From an uncultured Chloroflexia bacterium (GTDB lineage: Bacteria > Chloroflexota > Limnocylindria > QHBO01): a stretch of 64,000 nucleotides of DNA. The notes below the pieces were generated by a model that worked only from the letters and a program-made list of their open reading frames with translations, was not told the origin of the DNA and ran no database searches. Position 1 is the first letter of the stretch. Each line of letters starts with the position of its first letter. The DNA is taken from contig CAVVPF010000036.1 in the NCBI GenBank assembly GCA_963750025.1, positions 69,523 to 133,522 on the forward strand. Reading direction: 5' to 3'. The position numbers and the translations under genes were made by a program. Positions 39,209 to 48,263 of this stretch are shown one piece after another.

Positions 39209-39502
39209 GTGACTCGTTGGCGTGCGGCAACGTCGGCGATGGTGATGTGGGTGGTCCTACTGCCGGTCGCATATTTCGCCGCGATCATCTTCAATCTAAA
39301 CATCGGCCCCACAGAACTTCTCCTGGCTCTCGTCCTTTGGCTTGTCGGGTTTCTGGTACTCGCGCTTGTCTGGTTCATGACCAGTCCTAGCGAGAGTGTT
39401 GTCGTGTACGGTCCGGAGGGCCAGCAGGTAACGGTCTCCGAGAAGGAGGCGAAGCGGCGAGTCGGGAAGGGTTGGCGATACCAGCCTCCGGATCGCACCT
39501 GA
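39209..39502 (+). CDS. Small membrane protein (97 aa, two TM segments)
   Basis: 'MVMWVVLLPVAYFAAIIF' and 'LLLALVLWLVGFLVLALVWFM', followed by a charged tail. GTG start. Confidence 0.45.
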   Translation: MTRWRAATSAMVMWVVLLPVAYFAAIIFNLNIGPTELLLALVLWLVGFLVLALVWFMTSPSESVVVYGPEGQQVTVSEKEAKRRVGKGWRYQPPDRT

Positions 39503-39806
39503 TCGTAGGAACGTCCGGAGTCCGCAGTGGGCTCCGAGGATGGCGCCGTACTGTTCGAGCCCGGTGGCACGCTCGTCAACGACGTGAAGATCGGCACCTG
39601 GGACATGCCGTGGAACGCGAAGTCCGCCGCGGGTCGTCTGGCTGACGCCGTACGCCAGGGACGCCTCTGGGCGTCCTGAAGCGCACCGACCGCGTCCTCG
39701 ACACCCGCGGTATGCGATGTTGCTACGTTGCGCTCCGCGCTTCGCGCGACGGCAAGAATCGGACTGGCGACGGCGGTGACTGAAGGCCAAACGATAGGAC
39801 CGTACG

Positions 39807-41510
39807 GTGTCGCAGCCTGCTAGCCTCTCGACCATGCAGCCGAACTCGCTCTACTTCGGCGACAACCTTAAGGTCCTGAGCGAGAAGCTGCCCGACGGGA
39901 CGTACGTCTTCCCGAGCGAAAGCGTCGACCTCGTCTACCTCGACCCGCCGTTCAACTCGAACCGCGACTACAGCGTCATCTTCAAGGAGGCGGGCGGCGG
40001 AGGCGCCGACGCGCAGATCAAGGCGTTCACCGACTCCTGGCACTGGGGACCCGAGGCGCGCGATGCCTTGGAAGAGCTGACGGTCACGGGCGTGAACGAA
40101 GGGCGAATCCCGGATAACGTCGGCCGGCTCGTTGACGCGCTCGTTCGCGGCATCGGCCACAACGACATGAGCGCCTACCTAGTGATGATGGCGCCGCGAT
40201 TGGTGCAGCTACATCGAGTCCTAAAGAAGACGGGCTCCCTTTACCTGCACTGTGACCCGACCGCGTCGCATTACCTGAAGCTCGTCCTCGACGCGCTCTT
40301 TGGGCCGAAGAATTTTGTGAACGAGATCGTCTGGAAGCGCCAGACCTCGCATAACGACGCGGCCCAGGGCGCCAAGCACTTCGGGCGTCTTCAAGACGTG
40401 CTTCTGCTGTACTCGAAGGGTCCTGGCTATTACTGGGAGCAGCCGTACCGACCGTACGACGAGGAATACGTCGAGAAGTTCTACCGAAACGTTGAGCCGG
40501 GCACCGGGCGCCGATTCACCCTGAGCGATACCACCGCACCGGGCGGCGCGTCACCGGAGAAGCGCAATCCCTACTACGAGTTCCTGGGGGTGAAGCGCTA
40601 TTGGCGGTTCAGCGAAGACCGGATGAAGGAGTTGTACGAGGCTGGGCGGATCGTGCAATCAAAGCCCGGTGCCATCCCTCGCCAGAAGCGCTACCTCGAT
40701 GAGATGCCGGGGATGCCGATCGGTACGTGGTGGGATGACATTCGACCGGTGCAGGCCCAGGGATCGGAGAGGCTCGGGTACCCCACCCAGAAGCCGTTGG
40801 CCTTGCTCGAACGAATCATCTCGACCTCCTCGCGACCGGGCGATCTGATCCTCGACCCGTTCTGCGGCTGCGGCACCGCCACGATCGCGGCGGAGAAGCT
40901 GAGGCGGAAGTGGGTCGGGATCGACATTACGCATCTCGCCATCGCGGTCATGCGGAGCCGTCTGTTCGACAGTTTCGGCTTGGTAGCCGTCCCGGTTCAC
41001 GGCGTGCCTGCCGATCTGGAGAGTGCTCGGCTACTGGCCGCTGAAAGCAAGGACGGTCGCTACGAGTTTCAGTGGTGGGCACTGTCCTTGGTCGAGGCGA
41101 GGCCGCTCGGCGGCGAGCGCAAGAAGGGCGCTGATCGTGGCATCGACGGCGTTATGACGTTCTCCGAGCGCGACTCGATCCAACGCATCCTGGTCAGCGT
41201 CAAGTCGGGCCACCCGAGCCTGCTCCACGTCAAGGAGCTCATCGCGACGCTAGAGACGGAGAAGGGTGCGATCGGCGTGCTGATCGAGCTGGACGAGCCG
41301 ACCAGCGAAATGAAGCGCGCTGCTGTCGAAGCCGGGCAATACGAGTCACTGCTGTGGGGCGGCAAGTACGAGCGGGTCCAAATCCTAACGGTGAGCCAGT
41401 TGCTGGCCGGGGAGAAGCCGACTGTGCCGAAGTTCCTGCCGGCGTACCAGAAGGCGGCCAGAATCGATGCGACGGCCGGCGAGCAGCAGGAGCTGTTTGG
41501 AGGCGGTTAG
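39807..41510 (+). CDS. Beta-class N6-adenine (DPPF) DNA methyltransferase fused to a C-terminal PD-(D/E)xK (Mrr-cat-like) domain
   Basis: Motif IV '[10 protein letters not shown]' is near the N-terminus. Motif I '[27 protein letters not shown]' comes later, which is the beta-class order. '[14 protein letters not shown]' is present. The C-terminus has 'ADRGIDGV...ILVSVKSG'. An alternative ATG start lies at 39834. Confidence 0.85.
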   Translation: MSQPASLSTMQPNSLYFGDNLKVLSEKLPDGTYVFPSESVDLVYLDPPFNSNRDYSVIFKEAGGGGADAQIKAFTDSWHWGPEARDALEELTVTGVNEGRIPDNVGRLVDALVRGIGHNDMSAYLVMMAPRLVQLHRVLKKTGSLYLHCDPTASHYLKLVLDALFGPKNFVNEIVWKRQTSHNDAAQGAKHFGRLQDVLLLYSKGPGYYWEQPYRPYDEEYVEKFYRNVEPGTGRRFTLSDTTAPGGASPEKRNPYYEFLGVKRYWRFSEDRMKELYEAGRIVQSKPGAIPRQKRYLDEMPGMPIGTWWDDIRPVQAQGSERLGYPTQKPLALLERIISTSSRPGDLILDPFCGCGTATIAAEKLRRKWVGIDITHLAIAVMRSRLFDSFGLVAVPVHGVPADLESARLLAAESKDGRYEFQWWALSLVEARPLGGERKKGADRGIDGVMTFSERDSIQRILVSVKSGHPSLLHVKELIATLETEKGAIGVLIELDEPTSEMKRAAVEAGQYESLLWGGKYERVQILTVSQLLAGEKPTVPKFLPAYQKAARIDATAGEQQELFGGG

Positions 41511-41538
41511 AAGGTCGCTGCGCCACCGAAAGGAGGGG

Positions 41539-42763
41539 TGGGTTCAGGGGGTCGACGCAACGATCGCTGCCAGCATAGCGGCGGGCGTCTGGTACTCAAG
41601 CGTCTTGCGAGGCCTGGCGTTGAGCCGTGCCGCCACGACGTCGAGATCCGCCTGGCTGTAGGGCGACAGGTCGGTCCATTTGGGGAAGTACTGGCGGAGC
41701 AGCCCGTTAGTGTTCTCATTGGTGCCGCGCTGCCAGGGGCTGCGCGGGTCACAGAAGTAGACCGCGACGTCGGTGGCGACGCTGAAACGCCGATGGTCGG
41801 CGAGCTCCACGCCGCGGTCCCAGGTCAGGCTGGCCCACAGCTGCCGGGGCAGCGTCTGAATCTGGGCGGCCAGGGCGTCGACCACCCTCGCGGAGTTCTT
41901 GCCCGGCACCTTGACGAGGAGCAGGTAGCGGGTGCTGCGCTCGACGAGCGTGGCGATGTGGCTGTTGGCGGAGCCCGCCAGCAGGTCACCCTCCCAATGG
42001 CCGGGCACCGCCCGATCGTCGGCCTCGGCCGGGCGCTCCCGGATGGAGACCGCGTCGACGATCCCGCCGCGGCCCTGGCCCTTGGTGGTGGCGAGGCGCG
42101 AGCGGCGGACGGAGCGGCGGGTGCGGAGATGGGCCATGAGCTCCTTGCGCAGGACGCCGCGGGCCTGCACGAAGAGGCTCCGGTAGATCGTCTCGGTCGA
42201 CACCTGCAGAGCCTGCTCCCCGGCATGGGTCCGGGCAAGCCAGCCCGAGATCTGTTGGGGCGACCAGTCGAGCGCGAGCTTGGCCGCCACGAGCTCCCGC
42301 AGCTGCGGTGATGTCGCGAGCTTGCATGGCCTCGGCCGCCGGGCACGCTGCCAGGCCCGCTCGTCGGCCCCGATCGCACGGTAGCGGAGGCGGCCACCGT
42401 GCCGGGCGATCTCGCGGCTGATCGTCGAGGCCGCCCGGCCCGAGCGGCGAGCGATCGTGCGCAGCGAGACGCCCTGCGCCAGGCCGCGCGAGATCTCCTC
42501 CCGCTCGGCCAGCGACAGCACCCGTGACGAGCGACGCTGAGTCGCCGGCACGTAGCCGCCGTTCGACGCCACCATCCGGTGGATGGAGCCACGCTCTTTA
42601 CCGAGTGCCCGTCCAATCGCGCTGAGCGACTGGCCTGCCTTCCAGCGTGACCACATCTCCCGCTTCTGCTCAGCCGTCAACCCTGGCCTGTCCAAATGCG
42701 CCATGAGCCCACCTCCCGATCGACACTGCACCAACCGTGGTGTTGCGTCGATGGGTGGAACCC
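41539..42763 (-). mobile_element. IS30-family insertion sequence
   Basis: Imperfect terminal inverted repeats: GGTTCAGGGGGTCGACGCAAC (41539-41559) versus GTTGCGTCGATGGGTGGAACC (42743-42763), matching at 15/21 positions. They enclose the transposase gene. The element starts ~30 nt after the methyltransferase stop. Confidence 0.8.
41544..42704 (-). CDS. IS30-family transposase
   Basis: N-terminal HTH 'LTAEQKREMWSRWKAGQSLSAIGRALGKERGSI'. DDE core 'PGHWEGDLL', 'LTWDRGVELA' and 'PWQRGTNENTNGLLRQYFPK'. Confidence 0.9.
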   Translation of the reverse strand: MAHLDRPGLTAEQKREMWSRWKAGQSLSAIGRALGKERGSIHRMVASNGGYVPATQRRSSRVLSLAEREEISRGLAQGVSLRTIARRSGRAASTISREIARHGGRLRYRAIGADERAWQRARRPRPCKLATSPQLRELVAAKLALDWSPQQISGWLARTHAGEQALQVSTETIYRSLFVQARGVLRKELMAHLRTRRSVRRSRLATTKGQGRGGIVDAVSIRERPAEADDRAVPGHWEGDLLAGSANSHIATLVERSTRYLLLVKVPGKNSARVVDALAAQIQTLPRQLWASLTWDRGVELADHRRFSVATDVAVYFCDPRSPWQRGTNENTNGLLRQYFPKWTDLSPYSQADLDVVAARLNARPRKTLEYQTPAAMLAAIVASTP

Positions 42764-42872
42764 GCGGGTCATTCCGGATCCGTCAAGCAAGCAGGTGATC
42801 AGGGGTCACAGGTTAGCGAAGAAAAGGATACGGCGTCCCGTATTTACAAACGGAATCCGGCCGGCTATCCTT

Positions 42873-43124
42873 ATGACCATGGCGATGACCGAACCGCTCA
42901 CCTACATCGACCTTGGCGTCGGCGGGATGACTTGCGACGACTGCGTGGTGCATGTCACGCAGTCCCTGGAATCGGTCCCAGGGGTGAAACGGGCGGTGGT
43001 GGACCTCGAGACGCGGAGTGCCGTGGTGGAAGCCGGCGACGGCGTCAGCAGCGCGGCGCTCGGCGCGGCCGTTCGGGCCTCCGGCAAGTACAACGCCTTC
43101 GAGCGCGGGCGCAGGCGTGCGTGA
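42873..43124 (+). CDS. Heavy-metal-associated (HMA) domain protein
   Basis: 83 aa. '[24 protein letters not shown]' carries the GMTCxxC metal-binding motif. Its end overlaps the merA start. Confidence 0.8.
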   Translation: MTMAMTEPLTYIDLGVGGMTCDDCVVHVTQSLESVPGVKRAVVDLETRSAVVEAGDGVSSAALGAAVRASGKYNAFERGRRRA

Positions 43125-44553
43125 GGTGGCGGGCTCCTTCGACCTGCTCATCCTCGGTTCGGGCTCGACGGCCTTCGCGGCGGCCATCCGCGCCACCGAG
43201 CTCGGGGCGCGGGTTGGGATGGTGGAGCGACGGACGCTAGGCGGGACCTGCGTCAATCGCGGCTGCCTCCCATCCAAGAACCTGATCGAGGCGGCTCGCA
43301 TCGTCTACGACGCCTCCCATCCACGCTACTCCGGCCTCGCATCAGCCACCGTGGGCGTCGACTTCGCGGCCCTCATCGCGCAGAAGGACGTCGTGGTGCG
43401 CGACTACCGCGCGAAGAAATATGCCGCCGTGGCCGAAGGACTGGCCGAGCTCGAGGTGATCGACGGCGACGCAGTTTTCGAGGGACCCAACACGGTGCTC
43501 GTCGGCGAGCGCCGGATCGAGGCGGACCGATTCCTCATCGCCACCGGCAGCCGCCCTGCCGTCCCGCCAATCCCGGGCCTTGATACGGTCCCCTACCTGA
43601 CCAGCGACCTCCTTGACGCGGACGAGGTCGGTCGAATGACCGCCCTGCCGGCCTCGATCGTCGTCCTTGGCGGCGGAGCCGTCGCCGTCGAGCTGGCCCA
43701 GATGTTCAAGCGCCTCGGCAGCCGGGTCACCATGGTCGCGCGGTCCGGGCTGTTGTCCGGGCTCGAGCCGGAACTCGGGCGGACCCTTGCCGACGTGTTG
43801 TGGGCAGAGGGCATCGAGGTCCTGCTTGATGCCCGGGTCAAGCGCACTTCCGGCGACGAGAAGTCGGTCTCGGTGGAGGTCTCATTTGCTAGCAAGAACC
43901 GGAAGATCCATGTCGATCGCCTCGTGGTCGCGACCGGACGCACGCCGAATACCGATTCGCTCGCTCTCGAGCGCGCAGGGGTAGCCGTCGACAGGGCAGG
44001 TTTCGTTCAAGTCGATGCTCGACTTCGAACCGATCACACCCACATCTGGGCCGCTGGCGACGTCATCGGCCGACAGCACGGGTCGCACTTCGCCACTCCG
44101 GTCGGTGCGCGCCAGGGCCGCATCGTGGCCGACAACGCCTTCGCCGACGCCGGACGGGTGTTCGACGGGACCATCGTCCCGCGTGCCATCTTCACCGACC
44201 CGCCCATCGCCACGGTCGGTCTGACCGAGGCCCAGGTGCGCGCCAAGCACGCGCCGGCGGTGTCCGCCACGACGCCCCTCAAATACGTCCCCCGAGCTGG
44301 AGCCGTCCACCGAACGACGGGCTTCGTGAAGTTCATCGCGTCCACGATCGACGAGCGGGTGCTGGGCGTCCACGTCATCGGCGAATCCGCACCCGAGATC
44401 ATCCACGAGGCGGCGATGGCGATGAAGTTCAAGGCGACCCTGCCTGACTTCGTCGATCTGATCCACGTCTACCCGACCATGAGCGAGGCGCTCAAGATCG
44501 GTGCCCAGGCCTTCAGCCGCGACGTGACCAAGCTATCGTGCTGCGCCGAGTGA
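43117..44553 (+). CDS. merA: Mercuric reductase
   Basis: FAD site '[14 protein letters not shown]'. Redox-active '[13 protein letters not shown]'. The diagnostic C-terminal vicinal cysteines 'KLSCCAE' are present. GTG start at 43117 or 43126. No fused NmerA domain. Confidence 0.85.
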   Translation: MREVAGSFDLLILGSGSTAFAAAIRATELGARVGMVERRTLGGTCVNRGCLPSKNLIEAARIVYDASHPRYSGLASATVGVDFAALIAQKDVVVRDYRAKKYAAVAEGLAELEVIDGDAVFEGPNTVLVGERRIEADRFLIATGSRPAVPPIPGLDTVPYLTSDLLDADEVGRMTALPASIVVLGGGAVAVELAQMFKRLGSRVTMVARSGLLSGLEPELGRTLADVLWAEGIEVLLDARVKRTSGDEKSVSVEVSFASKNRKIHVDRLVVATGRTPNTDSLALERAGVAVDRAGFVQVDARLRTDHTHIWAAGDVIGRQHGSHFATPVGARQGRIVADNAFADAGRVFDGTIVPRAIFTDPPIATVGLTEAQVRAKHAPAVSATTPLKYVPRAGAVHRTTGFVKFIASTIDERVLGVHVIGESAPEIIHEAAMAMKFKATLPDFVDLIHVYPTMSEALKIGAQAFSRDVTKLSCCAE

Positions 44554-44575
44554 TCTGCCCCATGAAGCAAAGAGG

Positions 44576-44953
44576 ATGGGATGTTCGATGACCAGTAATC
44601 TGCCGGCCGCCGCACTGCGCGGCGCCGACCTCGCCCGGCCGGAGGTTCTGGCCTCGTTCTTCCAGGGCCTGGCCGACCCGACCCGGGTCCGAATTCTTGA
44701 ACTCCTGGCGGGTAGGCCACGGACCGTCACCGAACTCACCGCCGACCTCGGCCTTGCCCAGGGGCGGGTGTCCAGCCACCTGTCGTGCCTGCGCTGGTGC
44801 GGCTACGTCGAGGCGATGGTGGATGGGAGATTCAATCGCTATCGGCTTGTCGACGAACGCGTCCGGGAGATCCTGCGCTTGGGGGAAGAGATCGTGCGCG
44901 ACAACGCCGACCGCCTGACCTCGTGCCTGGTCCTCGCCACCGAAGCCGAGTGA
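44576..44953 (+). CDS. ArsR/SmtB-family metalloregulator
   Basis: 'FFQGLADPTRVRILELLAGRPRTVTELTADLGLAQGRVSSHLSCLRWCGYV' is an ArsR wHTH. Cysteines are in 'CLRWC' and the C-terminal 'TSCL'. Confidence 0.85.
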   Translation: MGCSMTSNLPAAALRGADLARPEVLASFFQGLADPTRVRILELLAGRPRTVTELTADLGLAQGRVSSHLSCLRWCGYVEAMVDGRFNRYRLVDERVREILRLGEEIVRDNADRLTSCLVLATEAE

Positions 44954-45088
44954 TGCCTCGAGGTACGGATGTCACGGCCCGATCGGAGTGGGCGGGTCGC
45001 AGCCTTCGGCGTTAGCAACTCGCAACGACTAACGAGGCGGGTCGGCTCCTCGAACAGGATCTCCTTCGCGCGGTCCAGTTCTTCAGGC

Positions 45089-45108
45089 CGATCAGAAGGA
45101 GGTCCTTA
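45089..45108 (+). repeat. Copy B of the 20-nt motif
   Basis: Reads CGATCAGAAGGAGGTCCTTA. Lies ~190 nt upstream of, and co-oriented with, the rhodanese gene. A 13-codon ORF follows directly at 45108-45149. Confidence 0.7.
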
Positions 45109-45189
45109 TGGCACGGCAGCGGGACGGGTGTGTCGGTGCCCAATGTTAGGGCTTGAGGGCGCGCTTGATCGGCGCGAGCACCTGCGTAA

Positions 45190-45214
45190 TAATCCGACTA
45201 GATTGGTCGGATAT
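45190..45214 (+). promoter_or_regulatory. Inverted repeat (candidate operator) upstream of the rhodanese gene
   Basis: ATCCGAC-N7-GTCGGAT (arms at 45192-45198 and 45206-45212) sits in an A/T-richer patch ~80 nt upstream of ATG 45294. Confidence 0.3.
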
Positions 45215-45293
45215 CACCAGACCGACGCTTATTTCGCCCGCGCGGCAAGAGCCCGTGCGCCCGTCGTTCAAGACCCGAAGGAAGTCTTCACCC

Positions 45294-46160
45294 ATGTCCG
45301 TTGCCAATGAGACCATCATGGCCAACCGAACCGATGCCACCGTCACTGTTGGCTGGGCCCGCGAGCACCTGGACGACCCGAAGGTGCGGCTCGTCGAGGT
45401 GGATGTCGACACCGGGGCCTATGAGACCGGACATCTGCCGGGTGCTGTCGGCTTCAACTGGGTCACCCAGCTGACCGACACCGTGAAGCGCGACCTGGTC
45501 TCGCGCGAGGACCTCCAGGCACTGCTACGCCAGGCAGGGATCGACGACGACACGACCATCGTCTTCTACGGCGACAACAGCAACTGGTTCGCGGCCTGGG
45601 CCTACTGGCAGCTGCGCTACCAGGGGCTCGACAACGTGAAGCTGCTGGACGGCGGGCGCAAGAAGGTCGAGGCGGCCGGGCTGCCGCTGACCACCGAGGC
45701 CGCCCACCACGCTCCGGGCAAGATCACGCTGCCGGAGAACACGCGCGAGGAGCTGCGCGCCTACCGCGACCAGGTGCTGGCCGGCATCGGGACCGAGCGA
45801 GGCCTGGTCGACGTCCGCTCACCGGAGGAGTACCGCGGCGAGCTGGCGGCGCCGGCCCATCTGCCCCAGGAGGCGGCTCAGCGCAAGGGACACATCCCCG
45901 GCGCGGTCAATGTGCCGTGGGCGAGCGCAGTGGCCGACGACGGCACCTTCAGGCCGATTGACGAGCTCCGTGAGCTTTATCGCGCGAGGGGGATCTCGCC
46001 CGAGAGCGAGGTAGTCGCCTACTGCCGGATCGGGGAGCGATCGAGTCACAGCTGGTTCGTCTTGTCCGAGATGCTCGGCTACCCGCGGGTCCGCAATTAC
46101 GACGGCTCGTGGACCGAGTACGGCTCGCTCGTCGGTGCCCCGATCGAGACCGGCGGTTGA
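45294..46160 (+). CDS. Thiosulfate/3-mercaptopyruvate sulfurtransferase (tandem rhodanese domains)
   Basis: 'VRLVEVDVD...YETGHLPGAVGFNW' and the active-site loop 'VAYCRIGERSSHSWF'. 'YDGSWTEYG' lies at the C-terminus. Confidence 0.85.
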   Translation: MSVANETIMANRTDATVTVGWAREHLDDPKVRLVEVDVDTGAYETGHLPGAVGFNWVTQLTDTVKRDLVSREDLQALLRQAGIDDDTTIVFYGDNSNWFAAWAYWQLRYQGLDNVKLLDGGRKKVEAAGLPLTTEAAHHAPGKITLPENTREELRAYRDQVLAGIGTERGLVDVRSPEEYRGELAAPAHLPQEAAQRKGHIPGAVNVPWASAVADDGTFRPIDELRELYRARGISPESEVVAYCRIGERSSHSWFVLSEMLGYPRVRNYDGSWTEYGSLVGAPIETGG

Positions 46161-46409
46161 AATCATGGCCAGTCGTTGCCGCGCCTGCCGCCACCTGCTG
46201 CCGAAGCCCAACCCGGTCATGCCGCCGCTCGGGTTGCTGGCCGCCCTGGCGCCCCTAATGGCGCCCCTGATGGACGTCGCCGGCGAATTCGAGGGCTACG
46301 GCAACGGCACCCCGTCCGAGTTCCTGCGCTGGCTCGATGTAGATGTGCAGCGTGCTGTTGGCATCCTGGGCGGCCGGCGCTCCGGGATTCCAGCCACCCA
46401 GGGAGCCGC

Positions 46410-46540
46410 ATGACCACTGCCCTGCGCCTGCTGATCGTCGACCAGCGCCGCGAGGATGTCCTTGTGCAGCTTCGCACCACCCCGGCCCACCTCCCGATCG
46501 AGACTGCACCACCATGGTGTTGCATCGACCGGTTGAACTC
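46410..46540 (-). mobile_element. Solo IS30-like end (inverted repeat plus transposase leader and degenerate N-terminal codons)
   Basis: 46486-46543 aligns with the transposase-proximal end of the intact IS30 (42708-42766) at ~51/59 positions with one 1-nt gap. The aligned block includes CCCACCTCCCGATCGA, ACTGCACCA and GGTGTTGC-TCGA--GGT-GAAC. No transposase body follows. Confidence 0.65.
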
Positions 46541-46581
46541 GCGCCTCCTTTTGGGAGCGGAGCCGATCTTCCGCGCTTGCG

Positions 46582-47115
46582 CTACCCGTTGGTCTGGAGC
46601 AGGTCGGCTGAGATCACGTGGCCGGTCTGAGCATCGATCAGCGCCCAGCCGGTCGCGCGCACGAACGTGGCCGATTTGCCACGCACCTTGAAGACCCAGG
46701 CATCGACCGGCTCCGACGATGAGAACTTGCGTTGTCCGTCGGGATCCGTGACGGTGAAGACGCCGGCTACCTGCCGGACGGAGGTCACCTGAAGGTCGGT
46801 CACCGAGGGGTCGAATGACCCGATCTTGTCCAGCGCGGTCTTCTCGGCCTGCGCTTGCGGCACGGTGCCGCTCCACGCGGCGGTCGGGTCGTGGGCGATG
46901 TGTACGCCAGCGACGCTCACCACGGCGAGCGTGGGCCGTGACAGGCGAGGAACGCCAACGGCAACCGCCACAAGGACGGCACACACGGCGATCGCCCCTA
47001 CCAGGAGCAGCCGGGCGGGCACGCGGGTCCTGGCCAGGGCAGGCGGTGTGGCGCTGGGAGCCGCCGCTGACAGCCGCAGCAGCCGCTGCTGCACTCGAGT
47101 CTCGAACGTATCCAT
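46582..47115 (-). CDS. Putative anti-sigma factor / membrane-anchored protein
   Basis: The start overlaps the sigma-factor stop by 1 nt. It has a single TM segment, 'LLLVGAIAVCAVLVAVAVGV', and an extracytoplasmic C-terminal domain. Confidence 0.6.
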   Translation of the reverse strand: MDTFETRVQQRLLRLSAAAPSATPPALARTRVPARLLLVGAIAVCAVLVAVAVGVPRLSRPTLAVVSVAGVHIAHDPTAAWSGTVPQAQAEKTALDKIGSFDPSVTDLQVTSVRQVAGVFTVTDPDGQRKFSSSEPVDAWVFKVRGKSATFVRATGWALIDAQTGHVISADLLQTNG

Positions 47116-47618
47116 CAGCCTTCCTCGCTCAACTCTCGTCGCAGCGCAGCCTTGGCACGACTGAGCCAGCTGGCGACGGTTCCCGCTGGCACGCCCAGGA
47201 TTTCGGCGACTTCCGCGAGCGTGTAACCCTCAACCAGGGTGAGCACCAGCGCCGTTCGTTGTCGTCGGTCGAGCTGGTCCAGAGCGGCCCACAGGTCCGG
47301 ATCGGTCTCCAAGACCCACGTGTCTGACGGGGCATGGTCACCCAACCAGCGCCGCCACCTGCGCCGTCGCCGGGTCTCGTTCAAGGCCAGGCGAATGCCG
47401 ATCGTGAAGAGCCACGCCCGCGCATCGCCGCCGGAGAACCGACGCCGGTGTTCATAGGCCTTGAGAAAGGCCGACTGGGCGAGGTCTCGGGCTTCCTCGT
47501 GATCGCCCACGATGAGAGCCAACCGCCGAACCAGGTGATCGTAGTGCTGGCTGACGGCGGCCTCGAAGGCAGATCGCTCGGCAAGTGGCGCAATGGCCTT
47601 GGTCAGGTGAGATTCCAT
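47115..47618 (-). CDS. ECF sigma factor
   Basis: Region 2 'HEEARDLAQSAFLKAYEHRRRF...ARAWLFTIGIRLALNE'. Region 4 'LDRRQRTALVLTLVEGYTLAEVAEILGVPAGTVASWLSRA'. Confidence 0.85.
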   Translation of the reverse strand: MESHLTKAIAPLAERSAFEAAVSQHYDHLVRRLALIVGDHEEARDLAQSAFLKAYEHRRRFSGGDARAWLFTIGIRLALNETRRRRRWRRWLGDHAPSDTWVLETDPDLWAALDQLDRRQRTALVLTLVEGYTLAEVAEILGVPAGTVASWLSRAKAALRRELSEEG

Positions 47619-47790
47619 CAGTTAGATAACACCTGAGTGACCCTCAGCCTTGCGTTTAGCTCGCGGCTGAGCGTGGGCCTGCCCACCGCTGTCTACGCCG
47701 CGGCTGATCCGACGGCAAGGCGGTCCATCGAAAGGACCGCATTCTGGCGACGTCATCGTCACTCGCCCGAGCGCGGTGCAGCGGAGGCGA

Positions 47791-48210
47791 TCAGCGCGAC
47801 GGCCGCGTCCGAAGCAGGGCCGACACCATCAGGATCAAACCCGCTATCAGGAGCCCGACCGCCGGGATGGCCAGCCAAGCCACCTCGCTGGTGGTACAGG
47901 GCCGGTACAGCATGTCGGACTGGCACAGGCTCAGAGGCTGGGCCTCGCGGAGCGCCCAGGCGGCACCGCCTCCGACAAGCAACGCGGCTGCCTCAATGAC
48001 GCGTCCTCTGCGGACGATGACAGCGCCACCGAGGAGCAGCACGAGCAGGCTTGCGACCTTGCCTGCCTCGTTCGGGACGACGAGCACTTGGGGGACGACT
48101 GACTCTGCCAGCCACATCGCGACCAAGACGATCGCGGCGCCCACGAGGGCGGCCGCGAGGAAGCGATACAGCGGCTTCACGTCCCCTTCACTTCCAGTTC
48201 GCTCCCGCAA
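47791..48210 (-). CDS. Hypothetical integral membrane protein
   Basis: Four hydrophobic segments, for example 'FLAAALVGAAIVLVAMWL' and 'VAWLAIPAVGLLIAGLILMV'. The true start is probably the GTG ~30 nt downstream of the listed TTG. Confidence 0.55.
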   Translation of the reverse strand: MRERTGSEGDVKPLYRFLAAALVGAAIVLVAMWLAESVVPQVLVVPNEAGKVASLLVLLLGGAVIVRRGRVIEAAALLVGGGAAWALREAQPLSLCQSDMLYRPCTTSEVAWLAIPAVGLLIAGLILMVSALLRTRPSR

Positions 48211-48263
48211 GTAATGGCCTCATGGTAGCGGCTGGTGGCGCTCGTTCGGACATTGCCCGCCCG

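Noticed and set aside
46135-46413. 92-aa ORF overlapping the end of the rhodanese gene
   Set aside because: It overlaps the rhodanese 3' end and runs toward the IS30 remnant. The composition is marginal and no family was recognised, so it could not be supported as a gene.
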